A DNA stretch of 64,000 nt, taken from the NCBI GenBank assembly GCA_965243135.1, contig OZ251539.1, positions 3,040,001 to 3,104,000 of the forward strand, written 5' to 3'. Positions 1 to 12,386 of the stretch are shown one piece after another (position 1 is the stretch's first letter; every line of letters starts with the position of its first letter). Below the pieces are notes generated by a model, which had not been told where the DNA came from, did no database searches, and was given only the letters and a program-made list of their open reading frames with translations. The stretch is from Alphaproteobacteria bacterium. Lineage in GTDB: Bacteria > Pseudomonadota > Alphaproteobacteria > MPNO01 > UBA830. A program made the position numbers and the translations under genes.

Positions 1-721
1 CGGACGACGCCCCGCAAGGGCCTCGCGGGTGCTCAGTCTTCAGAACAAAAGGCGAGTGTTGCCGCACCGCGCACCGCAAACCCGGTGCAAGCCGGGCCGT
101 GGCCTGAACGCAGGCGGCCAGGGGGCGGCGCCCGGCCGGCCGTGGGGTGGAATCTGCGAAAATCGCAGTCTCGGCGCGGAGAATTCGCAGTTTTCCGTAC
201 CCGAGGAAAAATTTTCGCACCCCGGAAAGCTGTCCGCATCTCAAGACATTACGTACAGCGCACGCAGCTCTGCGATGGCGACGCAGGCGTTCCGTCGCGC
301 TCGCGACGTTCGCGAATTCCGCCCCGCAAGGAAAGCGCGCCGCGGCAGGAAAACGACGACGAACCGTTTCCCGGACCGTCCGCCGCAGGGGTTCGCGAAC
401 TTCGCCGATTCGCCGAGCCTCGGGGGTCTACGCCGTCGCGGAACGGCGCGCAACGATTTTTCGTCGCGACTTTGCGGTCCCGAAACGCGGAAACTTTCGC
501 GGACCGCCGCGCCGCGCTTTCGGCAGGAGCCGGAAGCTGTCGGCGGACAAGGGCGGGCGGGACGGCTCGCCCCGAATCTGCCGCGCGTCGCCGGGGCGAC
601 AGTCCATCTTCGGCCGCCCGCCTGCGCGACCCTTGCGGGTCTGCCGACGGGCGGCCGGCAATCCGCGGGGCGCCGAACGGACGGCAGCCGACAAAATCGG
701 AACGGTGCAAACGCCTCCTCC

Positions 722-750
722 TTGACGGCTCCGGTGCGGCGGACTACTCT
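722..750 (+). promoter_or_regulatory. sigma70-type promoter, TTGACG-17bp-TACTCT, 6 nt before the ATG (leaderless)
   Basis: TTGACG 722-727, TACTCT 745-750, ATG 757, no Shine-Dalgarno; same geometry at all four paralogues. Confidence 0.7.
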
Positions 751-756
751 CTTGGG

Positions 757-2301
757 ATGGCGAGACGCATGCTGCCGACCGGCATGACCTCCCTCCGGAA
801 AATCCGGACGAGGGACTGCTACTACGTCGACAAGACGGAGCATGTGCGCCGTCTCGTCGAAGGGGGCGAGTACTATTTTCTGTCGCGTCCGCGCCGGTTC
901 GGCAAGACCCTTCTGGTGGACACGCTGCAGGAGCTGTTCGAGGGAAGCGAGGAGCTGTTCCGGGGCCTCGCCGTGCATGGCGAGTGGGACTGGTCGGCGC
1001 GCCACCCGGTCGTGCGGATCAGCTTCGGCGGCGGCAATTTCGACTCCCCGGACTTCGTTCGGAAAGATGTGGAAGACCAGCTGGAGGAAACGGAGCGGCT
1101 GGCCGGCCTCGAACTGGACCCTGTCGAGGCGTCGATCCGTTTCCGGCGCCTGATAAGAACGCTGCACGAGCGCACCGGGCGGCGGGCGGTCGTGCTGGTG
1201 GACGAATACGACAAGCCGATCCTGGACGCGCTCGGCGACCGGGAACTGGCGCTGGCCAACCGGGACTTCCTGCGCGGCTTCTACGCGATGATCAAGGACT
1301 GCGACAGGCACCTCCGTTTCGTTTTCCTGACGGGGGTAAGCAAGTTCTCGCAGGCAGGCTTGTTCTCGGGCCTGAACAACCTGCGCGACATCACCCTCGA
1401 TCCGCGTTTCGGCACCATCTGCGGCTACACGGAGGCGGAACTGGACGCCGCCTTCGCTCCGGAACTCGAGGGCCTGGACCGGGAGGAAGTCCAGCGCTGG
1501 TACAACGGCTACAACTGGCGCGGGCCGGAGAAGGTCTACAACCCGTTCGACATCCTCCTTCTCTTCGAAACGCGCGAGTTCGAGGCGCACTGGTTCCGGA
1601 CCGGCACGCCGACCTTCCTCGCCGACCTTCTGGCGCGGCGCCGGTTCGCGCCGCCGGCCCTGGAGGACCTGGTCGCGGACGACGACCTGCTGTCGGCCAT
1701 CGATATCGACCGCATTCCCGTCGAGACGCTTTTGTTCCAGACCGGTTACCTGACCATCGTCGGCGAAGAGCAGGACGAGGGCGTTCGTCTCTACCGGCTG
1801 GACTACCCGAACCGGGAGGTGAAGCGCAGCCTGAACGCGCTCCTGCTGAAGGCGATGGCGCCGGACGTCGCGGTCGCGGCGGAGAGCCGGGAGTTGCGCC
1901 GCCTGATGCGGACGAACGACTTCGCGGGCCTTGAGCGGCGCTTCCGGGCGTTCCTGGCGAGCATCCCGAACGAGTGGTACGCGAACACGGGCATGGCGGG
2001 CTACGAGGCCCACTACGCGAGCGTGTTCTACTCGCACTTCGTGGCGGCGGGGATGGACGTCCGCGCCGAGGAGAGCACGGCGCGCGGACGCTCGGACCTG
2101 ACGGTCTTGACCGGCGGCGGCGTCTACCTGTTCGAGTTCAAGGTCGCGGACGGGAAGCCGCAAGGGCGGGCGCTGGCGCAGATTCGGGAGCGCGGCTACG
2201 CGGACAAGTACCGGCGTCCGGGCGTGCCGGTCCGGTTGATCGGCATCGAGTTCGGCCGGGAGGAGCGCAACATCGTCGGGTTCGAGTTCGAGACCGTCTG
2301 A
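757..2301 (+). CDS. AAA-ATPase-like domain + C-terminal PD-(D/E)XK nuclease (DUF1703-type) protein, copy 1
   Basis: RPRRFGKTL Walker A, VLVDEYDKP Walker B, FLTGVSKFS, WYNGY, GRSDL...FEFK nuclease motif; start chosen by paralogue alignment. Confidence 0.9.
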   Translation: MARRMLPTGMTSLRKIRTRDCYYVDKTEHVRRLVEGGEYYFLSRPRRFGKTLLVDTLQELFEGSEELFRGLAVHGEWDWSARHPVVRISFGGGNFDSPDFVRKDVEDQLEETERLAGLELDPVEASIRFRRLIRTLHERTGRRAVVLVDEYDKPILDALGDRELALANRDFLRGFYAMIKDCDRHLRFVFLTGVSKFSQAGLFSGLNNLRDITLDPRFGTICGYTEAELDAAFAPELEGLDREEVQRWYNGYNWRGPEKVYNPFDILLLFETREFEAHWFRTGTPTFLADLLARRRFAPPALEDLVADDDLLSAIDIDRIPVETLLFQTGYLTIVGEEQDEGVRLYRLDYPNREVKRSLNALLLKAMAPDVAVAAESRELRRLMRTNDFAGLERRFRAFLASIPNEWYANTGMAGYEAHYASVFYSHFVAAGMDVRAEESTARGRSDLTVLTGGGVYLFEFKVADGKPQGRALAQIRERGYADKYRRPGVPVRLIGIEFGREERNIVGFEFETV

Positions 2302-2565
2302 AACCGGACGTCGAACGGGCCGGACGTCCCGTCCGCGCGTTTCGGCAAGCGACGCCGCCTCCGCGAAAGGCTGCCGACGGGCAGTCGACATGAAAACGGC
2401 GCAGCGCAAAACGGCTCCTCCCTTCCGTCGACAAGAGCCTTGGAGAACCATCGCTCTACCCGAATCGGCCAGCGGCCAAGGCGTCGTCCGCCTGTTTCCG
2501 ACCATCCAGCGCAAGCGCCCAGTCGAAGAGCGCTTGCGCGGCCGTCGCTTCCGAACGTTCGGCCT
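2302..2565. repeat. 3' flank duplicated with the AAA gene (matches 4795-5040, partly 47754-47810)
   Basis: shared text such as ccgcgaaaggctgccgacgggcagtcgacatgaaaacggcgcagcgcaaa and gaagagcgcttgcgcggccgtcgcttccgaacgttcggcc. Confidence 0.8.
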
Positions 2566-3211
2566 TTTCTCCGGCGCAAGGCTTGCCGCGGACAGCGGCC
2601 CAGAAGCGCGGCGGGCGTCCGCGCGACGGCGACCCGGGCTATCGCCCCTCGCCGGGCCTCTCGTCGCTCTTCCGCGCGGTGCGTTCGCTCTCGAACTTGT
2701 AAAGCTTGCGCGCCGCGAGCGTCGCTCGTCGAGTCGCTTCCTCCACTTCGCCGCGGGCGGCCCGCTCGTTCGCCGAAGAGGCCGACTTCAGGCGTTTCAG
2801 CTCGTTGCGCGCCGCCGCGCTGCGTTAACGTCGCCCTTGCCTCCGCGCGAAGCGCGCGCCTCGTCCCGCCGGGGCGTTGCCGACGGCAAAGCCCCCCGTC
2901 CGTCGGTCGCAAGTGCGCAAGGGTCCAGTGTCCGGTCCCCGGACGAAATTTTCCTCGTCCCCCGAGTAGCGAACGCTTATTGGAAAACTGCGAATTTTCC
3001 GCGCCGGGAACGCCGTTTTCACAGCCGCAAGCCGCTCCGCAACCGCGCGGCCCGGCTCGTCCCAAGTTTGCCGAGCGGCACCGGGGCGGCAGTTCATCCT
3101 CGGCCGCCCGCCTGCGCGACCCTTGCGGGTCTGCCGACGGGCGGCCAGCAATCCGGGGGGCACCGAGCGGACGGCAGCCGACAAAAACGGGACGGCGCAA
3201 ACCCCTCCTCC

Positions 3212-3240
3212 TTGACGGTTCCGGCGCGGCGGCCTACCCT
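3212..3240 (+). promoter_or_regulatory. sigma70-type promoter TTGACG-17bp-TACCCT, leaderless
   Basis: -35 at 3212-3217, -10 at 3235-3240, ATG at 3247. Confidence 0.65.
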
Positions 3241-3246
3241 CTTCGG

Positions 3247-4794
3247 ATGACGAGACGCATGCTTCCGACCGGCATGACCTCCCTCCGGGAGATCCGGGGG
3301 ATGGACTGCTACTACGTCGACAAGACGGACCATGTGCGCCGCCTCGTCGAGAGGGGCAAGTACTATTTCCTGTCGCGTCCGCGCCGGTTCGGCAAGACCC
3401 TCATGGTGGACACGCTGCAGGAGCTGTTCGAGGGAAGCGAGGAGTTGTTCCGGGGCCTCGCCGTCCACGACGGGTGGGACTGGTCGGCGCGCCATCCGGT
3501 CGTGCGGCTGGATTTCAGCAGAGGGGGCGATTTCCGCGCCCCGGACGGGGTTCGCGTCGCCGTGGAAAGGCAACTGGCAGCGGCGGAGAGGCGCGCCGGC
3601 CTCGAACCGTGCCTTGTCGAAGCGTCGGTTCGTTTCTGGGAATTGATCGAGGCCCTGCACGAGCGCACCGGGCAGCGGGCGGTCGTGCTGGTGGACGAAT
3701 ACGACAAGCCGATCCTGGACGCGCTCGACGACCGGGAACTGGCGCGGGCCAACCGCGACTTCCTGCGCAGCCTGTACGGGGTGATCAAGGCCTGCGACAG
3801 GCAGTTGCGTTTCGTTTTCCTGACGGGGGTAAGCAAGTTCTCGCAGGCGGGCCTGTTCTCGGGCCTGAACAACCTGCGCGACATCACCCTCGATCCGCGT
3901 TTCGGCGCCATCTGCGGCTACACGGACGCGGAACTGGACGCGGTCTTCGCCCCGGAACTCGAGGGCCTGGACCGGAAGGAAGTCCAGCGCTGGTACAACG
4001 GCTACAACTGGCGCGGCGCGGACAAGATCTACAACCCGTTCGACATCCTCCTTCTCTTCGAAACGCGCGAGTTCGGCAACCACTGGTTCCTGAGCGGCAC
4101 GCCGACCTTCCTCGCCGACCTTCTGGCGCGGCGCCGGTTCGCGCCGCCGGCCCTGGAGGACCTGGTCGCGGACGACGACCTGCTGTCGGCCATCGATATC
4201 GACCGCATACCCGTCGAGACGCTTTTGTTCCAGACCGGCTACCTGACCATCGTCGGCGAAGAGCAGGACGAGGGCGTTCGTCTCTTCCGGCTGGACTACC
4301 CGAACCGGGAGGTGAAGCGCAGCCTGAACGCGCTCCTGCTGAAGGCGATGGCGCCGGACGTCGCGGTCGCGGCGGAGAGCCGGGAGCTGCGCCGCCTGAT
4401 GCGGACGAACGACTTCGCGGGCCTCGAGCGGCTGTTCCGGGCGTTCCTGGCAAGCATCCCGAACGAGTGGTACGCGAACACGGGCATGGCCGGCTACGAG
4501 GCGCACTACGCGAGCGTGTTCTACTCGCACTTCGTGGCGGCGGGGATGGACGTCCGCGCCGAGGAGAGCACGGCGCGCGGACGCTCGGACCTCGCGGTCC
4601 TGCACGGCGGCGGCGTCTACCTGTTCGAGTTCAAGGTCGCGGACGGGAAGCCGCAAGGGCGGGCGCTGGCGCAGATTCGGGAGCGCGGCTACGCGGACAA
4701 GTACCGGCGTCCGGGCGTGCCGGTCCACCTGGTCGGCATCGAGTTCGGCCGGGAAGAGCGCAACATCGTGGACTTCAGGTTCGAGACTATCTGA
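3247..4794 (+). CDS. AAA-ATPase-like + PD-(D/E)XK nuclease protein, copy 2
   Basis: same motifs as copy 1; 3' half nearly identical to copy 1 at DNA level. Confidence 0.9.
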   Translation: MTRRMLPTGMTSLREIRGMDCYYVDKTDHVRRLVERGKYYFLSRPRRFGKTLMVDTLQELFEGSEELFRGLAVHDGWDWSARHPVVRLDFSRGGDFRAPDGVRVAVERQLAAAERRAGLEPCLVEASVRFWELIEALHERTGQRAVVLVDEYDKPILDALDDRELARANRDFLRSLYGVIKACDRQLRFVFLTGVSKFSQAGLFSGLNNLRDITLDPRFGAICGYTDAELDAVFAPELEGLDRKEVQRWYNGYNWRGADKIYNPFDILLLFETREFGNHWFLSGTPTFLADLLARRRFAPPALEDLVADDDLLSAIDIDRIPVETLLFQTGYLTIVGEEQDEGVRLFRLDYPNREVKRSLNALLLKAMAPDVAVAAESRELRRLMRTNDFAGLERLFRAFLASIPNEWYANTGMAGYEAHYASVFYSHFVAAGMDVRAEESTARGRSDLAVLHGGGVYLFEFKVADGKPQGRALAQIRERGYADKYRRPGVPVHLVGIEFGREERNIVDFRFETI

Positions 4795-5324
4795 AGCCGG
4801 GAGCCGAACGGGACGAACGTCCCGTCCGCGCGTTTCGGCAAACGAAGCCGCCTCCGCGAAAGGCTGCCGACGGGCAGTCGACATGAAAACGGCGCAGCGC
4901 AAACGGACAAGAGCCTTGGAGAACCATCGCTCGACCCAGCCAATTCGGCGGCCAAGGCGTCCTCCGCCTGTTTCCGATCATCCAGCGCAAGGGCCCTGTC
5001 GAAGAGCGCTTGCGCGGCCGTCGCTTCCGAACGTTCGGCCGTCCTTTCGTCAGGTTGACCGGCCCGGTTCGCCGCAAGCGCCGAGTTCGGAGCTTTCGCG
5101 AATTCCGAAGGAGTCATCGCAAGCAATTTTTCGCGGTTCCCGGACAACGCCGACGGTCAATTGCGCGAATCCCGCCGATTCGCCAAGCCTCGGTGATCAT
5201 TGGGCAGATTCTTCGTCGCGACGCTTCCCGTCATGCTCCCGAAACTCAGGAGCTTCCGCCCGCTCAGCCGGAACCGAACTTCCCCTGCAAGAACCTCATT
5301 CCGCCAACAGGACAACGCCGAAAT

Positions 5325-5497
5325 GCCAAACCCGCTTGTGCGTCAGAAGTGGGAATCAAACCCGCTTGACAACCACTTTCCGAAAAAAGTGAACGCCAAA
5401 CCCGCTTGTGCGTCAGAAGTGGGAATCAAACCCGCTTGACAACCACTTTCCGAAAAAAGTGAACGCCAAACCCGCTTGTGCGTCAGAAGTGGGAATC
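5325..5497. repeat. 70-bp perfect tandem repeat, about 2.5 copies
   Basis: unit GCCAAACCCGCTTGTGCGTCAGAAGTGGGAATCAAACCCGCTTGACAACCACTTTCCGAAAAAAGTGAAC starts at 5325, 5395, 5465. Confidence 0.95.
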
Positions 5498-6541
5498 CTC
5501 GCCTTCCACGATACTCAGAAGTTGCGGGAAGACAAGGATCGCCGCCCGCCGCCCGCCAGCCGGATTTATCGTGCGCAGGATACCGTCTTCGCAAAATGCG
5601 TCCAATAGCCGGCGCGCTGCACTCGCCGAAATCCCCGCCGCGGAAGCGAGGTCCGCCTTGCGGAAAATTGGCCGCCCGAATATCCAGTCCAGAACGCGAA
5701 TGGCGTACGGAGAACGGGTTAACTCCGTCGCCCTTCTCTTCGTGTCGTCGTAGAGGTCAAGAATGCTTCGGGTCTTCGCCAGATTGTCCTCGGCCCGTCA
5801 CCGCGTCCAGAAAAAACCGGCGCCAACCGGTCCAGTCGTCGTCCCGCGAAACCGCGAGCAGGCCCTCGTAATAGGCATCGCGGTTGGCTAGGCGCTGACG
5901 TAGAAGGCCGGCCTTTTGATGAAACCATGCTGCCAGAGGAAAAGGGGCACAAGCATGCGCCCCAGGCGGCCGTTGCCGTCATGAAACGGATGCAGGGCTT
6001 CGGCGTGCAGGATGGCCAGCTGCACCAGCCTGTCAGGCGCGTCCCGGATACTTTTCCCAGTCGCTCATGCCGTCGGCAAGATCGTCGGCGCCGACGGGTA
6101 CGAATCTCGCGTCTTCGACCGTGCATCCCGGAGGACCGATCCAGTTGGGAACGCGTCGGTAATCGCCGGGCGCCATTCCCTGTCCGCGCACTCCGGACAG
6201 CAACACGCGCTTCCCGCACGAGGCGTTGGGAAAGCGGCGGCCAGCAGTCGCTCCGCTTCCCGCATCGCCGTCCGGTAATTGAGGACCTCCTGAATGTCGT
6301 CATGGCGCGGCAACGTTCCCTGCCTCGAACCCCAGAACCTCTTCCGTTGTAGTCTGGGTCCCTACGGGAGGAAAGCACCGCTTCCCGGGTCGGGAGAAAG
6401 CAAAACTCCCGGGTCGGGTATGGCGGCGAGCATGCCGTCGTAACGCGCTATTGCCGCAGCCGCCGGACCGATCGACGGGATCAGCGCCGGCCAGTCCAGA
6501 CGCTCGTCCGGAGGGAAGCGTCCTGCATGAACTGCCGCCAT
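5483..6541 (-). pseudogene. Fic family protein, frameshifted
   Basis: fragments ARYDGMLAAIPDP, GTQTTTEEVL, DIQEVLNYRTAM, and Fic motif HPFHDGNGRLGR near 5960-5995; several small indels break the frame. Confidence 0.85.
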
Positions 6542-6610
6542 GGTCCCTCGCCGCCGGCCTCGGGAGGCCCGTCCGTTCCGCTGGTGCGCCGAACAACTGC
6601 AAAGCGGAGG

Positions 6611-8194
<1,584 letters not shown>

Positions 8195-8202
<8 letters not shown>

Positions 8203-9940
8203 GGACCATGCCTTCTTCGGAAACGGTCCCTCCGACCTTGTCCTCGGGTCCGAGAATCATCTGGTTGTGGGCGGCGCCAGACGGAATCATCGGAAAGCAG
8301 TTTTCCGTCTTGTCGACCCGGATGTCGGCGAGCACCGGCCTGTCGGTCGAGATCATTTCGTCGATGACGCCGTCGACCTCGCCGGGCCTGACGGCGCGCA
8401 GCCCGACCCAGTGGCACGCCTCGGCGAGCTTCACCATGTCCGGCAGGGCGTCGGTGTAGCTTTCGGCGTAACGGCCGCCGTGCAGAAGCTCCTGCCACTG
8501 GCGCACCATGCCCATGTACTGGTTGTTGATCAGGAACACCTTGACCGGCGCCCGGTACTGCACGGCCGTCGACATCTCCTGCATGTTCATCAGGTAGGAC
8601 GCTTCGCCCGCAATGTCGATCACGAGCGCCTCCGGATGCGCGACCTGGACGCCGATGGCGGCCGGCAACCCGTAACCCATCGTGCCGAGGCCTCCCGACG
8701 TCATCCACCGGTTGGGCCGCTCGAACCGGTAGAACTGGGCCGCCCACATCTGGTGCTGCCCGACTTCGGTCGTGATGAAGCAGTCGCGGTCCCGGGTCAG
8801 TTCGTAGAGGCGCTCGATCGCGTATTGCGGCTTGATGACGGAATCCGACCGCTCGTAGGAAAGGCAGTCCTTCTTCCGCCAGGCGTCGATCCTGGCCCAC
8901 CATTTCGCGAGCGCCGCGCGGTCGGACCTGCGGCCGCCGGCCTTCCAGGCCTTCAGGATCTGGTCGAGGACGACGCCCACGTCTCCGACGACGGGCAGGT
9001 CCACGGCGACGTTCTTGTTGATGGACGAAGGATCGATGTCGATCTGGATCCGCTTCGAATTCGGAGAGAAATCCGAGAGCCGCCCGGTAATGCGGTCGTC
9101 GAACCGGGCGCCGACGGCGATGATCAGATCCGCCTCGTGCATGGCGAGGTTGGCCTCGTAGGTGCCGTGCATCCCGAGCATGCCGAGGAACTGGCGATCG
9201 GTTCCCGGATAGGCGCCGAGGCCCATGAGGGTGAGCGTGACCGGCATGCCGGTCGCCTTGACGAAGCGCGCGAGCAGGCGGGACGCCTTGGGGCCGGAAT
9301 TGATCACGCCGCCGCCGCAATAGAAGACCGGCCGCTTCGCGGCCGCGATCATCGCGACCGCCCGTTCCACCTCCTCCTTCCGCGCCCGGGTCCGGGGGCG
9401 GTAGGTCTTGTGTCCCGCGCGGACCGGCCGCTCGTAGTCCGTCTCCGCCATCAGAACGTCTTTGGGAAGGTCGATCACGACCGGACCCGGACGGCCGCTG
9501 CGGGCGACGTAGAACGCCTCGTGCACGATCCTGCCGAGTTCGTCGATGCTCTTCACGAGGTAATTGTGCTTGGTGCAGGGCCTCGTGATGCCCGTCGTGT
9601 CGGCCTCCTGAAAGGCGTCGTTGCCGATCAGGTGCGTGGGAACCTGTCCGGTCAGGCAGACCACCGGCACGCTGTCCATGAGCGCGTCGGTCAGGCCGGT
9701 GACGGCGTTGGTGGCGCCGGGACCCGAGGTCACCAGAACGACCCCGACCTTGCCGGTCGATCTCGCGTAGCCTTCCGCCATGTGCACGGCGCCGCCTTCC
9801 TGCCGGACGAGGACGTGCCTCAACTCGTTCTGCTGGAATATGACGTCGTAGAGCGGCAGGACGGCGCCCCCCGGATACCCGAACACGGTATCCACGCCTT
9901 CGTCGAGCAGCGCCCTGACAACGATTTCGGACCCGTTCAT
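8195..9940 (-). CDS. ilvB: acetolactate synthase large subunit
   Basis: FGYPGGAVL, TSGPGATN, GMLGMHG, SGGLGTMGYG, GMVRQWQ; start uncertain by a few codons. Confidence 0.97.
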
Positions 9941-10038
9941 CTTCTGGTTCCCCGAAAGGCCGGCGCGCGGACGCCCCCGCCGGACCGTCCGCCGCGGGTC
10001 GTTGCTGCGCCGCACAACAAGCTATCGGCCGGCCGCGC

Positions 10039-10947
10039 TCAGGTCAACAGGAATCTGGCGAGATCCGGGAACGCCCGGCCCGGGTCCGGACCGCGGGTCA
10101 GGAGATCGGCGGCGACCTGGTTGCGAAACCACGTGATCTGGCGCTTCGCGTAGCGCCGCGTGTCGCGCCGCGCCCGCTCGAACATCTCGTCGCGGGACGC
10201 GCTTCCTTCCAGGAACTTCCGGATCGGGTCCGCGCCGATCGCCTTCCAGAGCGGGCTGCCGGCGGCCGCGGGCATGTCCGCCAGCCGCCGGATCTCCTCG
10301 ATCGCGCCCGCTTCGACCATGCGCCGGAACCTGGCGTCGCAGGCGGCGAAAAGGCGCTCGCGATTCGGCATGACGACGATCGTGAAGAACCGGAATTCTC
10401 CGGTCGCGGCGTCGCCCGTCTGCCAGCGCGCCAGGCCGCGGCCGGTATGGTTCAGCACTTCGAGCGCCCGCGAGATCCGTTGCCGGTCTCCCGGCGCCAG
10501 GCGGCGCGCCGTTTCCGGATCCCGCAGTTCGAGTTCCCGGTGAAGCGCCGCCGGTCCCTCGGCGGCGAGGCGCTCCTCCAGCCGCCGGCGAACCGCCTCC
10601 GGGATTTCAGGGATTTCGTCCAGCCCCTCGACGAGCGCCCGCAGGTACAGTCCCGTGCCGCCGACCACCACCGGAACCCGGGCGCCGCGAATTTCCGGCA
10701 GCGCCAGGCGGCGCCAGCGCCCGGCGGTGCACCGCTCGTCCGCCTCCAGCAGGCCGTACAGCCTGTGGGGAGCGCGGCGCAGCGCGGCCGCGTCCGGGCG
10801 GGCGGTCAGAATCTCCAGATCGCGGTAGACCTGCATCGAATCGGCGTTGATCACGGCGCCGCCGAACTCTTCGGCGACGGCGAGCGCGAGAACGGATTTG
10901 CCGCTGGCCGTCGGCCCGCCGACGACCACGACCGGCTTCGCCGTCAA
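10039..10947 (-). CDS. miaA: tRNA dimethylallyltransferase
   Basis: GGPTASGKS, INADSMQVY, VGGTGLY, TRRYAKRQITWFR; TTG start overlaps the degP stop. Confidence 0.95.
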   Translation of the reverse strand: MTAKPVVVVGGPTASGKSVLALAVAEEFGGAVINADSMQVYRDLEILTARPDAAALRRAPHRLYGLLEADERCTAGRWRRLALPEIRGARVPVVVGGTGLYLRALVEGLDEIPEIPEAVRRRLEERLAAEGPAALHRELELRDPETARRLAPGDRQRISRALEVLNHTGRGLARWQTGDAATGEFRFFTIVVMPNRERLFAACDARFRRMVEAGAIEEIRRLADMPAAAGSPLWKAIGADPIRKFLEGSASRDEMFERARRDTRRYAKRQITWFRNQVAADLLTRGPDPGRAFPDLARFLLT

Positions 10948-12305
10948 CCCTTCGCGAGGGCGACGAAGCGCTGCGCGCCCTCGATCTCGATCAGCATGAG
11001 AACGGCGCCGGCGTCTCCGGCCCGGCGGATCTCGCTCTCGACTTCGGACGGCGATTCCACGGCCCGCAGGTCGGAGCCGACCTTGCGGATGACCGTCCCG
11101 GGCCGGATTCCGTTTTCCGCGGCGGACCCGTCCTCCTCCACCTCGGTGACGACCACGCCGCGCGCGTCCTCCCCGATCCCGAAACGCTCGCGCAGGCTCG
11201 GCGTAATCGCCGACAGCGTCATCCCCAGCCCGCCGACGGCGACCGCCGGCTCCGGCGCGGGGGCCGCCGCGCGCTCGTCCTCGGGAAATTCGCCCAGAAC
11301 GACGGCGATCGGGACGCGTTCGCGGCGCCGCCACACCTCGATCTCGACGCGCTTGCCGATGCGGGTTTCGGAAACCATCCGCGGCAGCAGGCGCATCTCC
11401 CCGACCGGCTTGCCGTCGAACCGCAGGATGACGTCTCCCACCTCGACGCCCGCCTTCGCCGCGGGGCCGTCTTCGGGCAGGCCGGAGACCAGCGCGCCCG
11501 AGGCCTCGTCCAGGCCGAGGCTGCCGGCGAGCTCGTCGGTCACCGTCTGGATCTGGACTCCGAGCCAGCCGCGGCGCGTCCTGCCGAACTCGATCAGCTG
11601 GTCGATGACCGGGCGGGCGCGGTTCGACGGTATCGCGAACCCGATGCCGACGCTGCCCCCGGTGGGCGAGAAAATGACGTTGTTGATGCCCACCACCCGG
11701 CCCGCCAGATCGAACATGGGGCCGCCGGAATTGCCGCGGTTTATGGAAGCGTCGGTCTGGATGAAGTCGTCGTAAGGGCCGGAATTTATGTCGCGATGGC
11801 GGGCGCTGACGATGCCGGCCGTCACCGTTCCCCCCAGACCGAAGGGATTGCCGATGGCCAGCACCCATTCGCCGACCCGCAACTTCGCCGAGTCGCCGAA
11901 GACGGCGGCCGCGAGCGGTTTTTCGAAAGCGACCTTGAGCACGGCGAGATCGGTTCGCGCGTCGCGCCCCACCGCCTTCGCCGGCAGCTTGGTGTCGTCG
12001 TGCAGGGTGACCGTGATCTCGCCCGCCTCGGCGATCACGTGGTCGTTGGTCACGATGTAGCCCCGAGGGTCGACGATGAATCCGGAACCGGCCGACTCCT
12101 GAAAGCCGGGCGGCGGGCCGGGCGGCAGCCGGTTCCCGAAGAACCGTTCCCGCTCGCCGCCGTCCTCGCCGGACGCCTGGTTCACGGAGATATTGACGAC
12201 CGACGGCAGCAGGCGGCTCGCGAGATCCGCGAAGTCCGGCGGCGCGCCCGCGGCCGGCCAGGCCAGAATCGAAACCGCAGCGACGGCGAAGCTGCGAAAG
12301 CCCAC
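10944..12305 (-). CDS. degP: Do/DegQ family periplasmic serine protease with two PDZ domains
   Basis: GSGF, TNDHV, DLAVL, IQTDASINRGNSGGP; GTG start follows a GGAGG-like RBS. Confidence 0.93.
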   Translation of the reverse strand: MGFRSFAVAAVSILAWPAAGAPPDFADLASRLLPSVVNISVNQASGEDGGERERFFGNRLPPGPPPGFQESAGSGFIVDPRGYIVTNDHVIAEAGEITVTLHDDTKLPAKAVGRDARTDLAVLKVAFEKPLAAAVFGDSAKLRVGEWVLAIGNPFGLGGTVTAGIVSARHRDINSGPYDDFIQTDASINRGNSGGPMFDLAGRVVGINNVIFSPTGGSVGIGFAIPSNRARPVIDQLIEFGRTRRGWLGVQIQTVTDELAGSLGLDEASGALVSGLPEDGPAAKAGVEVGDVILRFDGKPVGEMRLLPRMVSETRIGKRVEIEVWRRRERVPIAVVLGEFPEDERAAAPAPEPAVAVGGLGMTLSAITPSLRERFGIGEDARGVVVTEVEEDGSAAENGIRPGTVIRKVGSDLRAVESPSEVESEIRRAGDAGAVLMLIEIEGAQRFVALAKG

Positions 12306-12386
12306 GCTTCCTCCCTTCCTTCGGCGCCCCTTCCCCGGCGCGGGCGCCAATTTCCGCTTCCCGAGAGCCGCGCCGGGAGGCCGCCG

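Noticed and set aside
85-756. Long N-terminal extensions of the AAA ORFs (also 2440-3246, 34015-34215, 45927-46184)
   Set aside because: Arg/Pro/Ala-rich read-through of GC-rich intergenic DNA; paralogue similarity and promoters begin at the downstream ATG
5325-5497. CRISPR-like array (33-bp repeat x3 with 37-bp spacers)
   Set aside because: The two would-be spacers are identical, the repeat overlaps the Fic stop codon, and there are no cas genes; it is a plain tandem repeat
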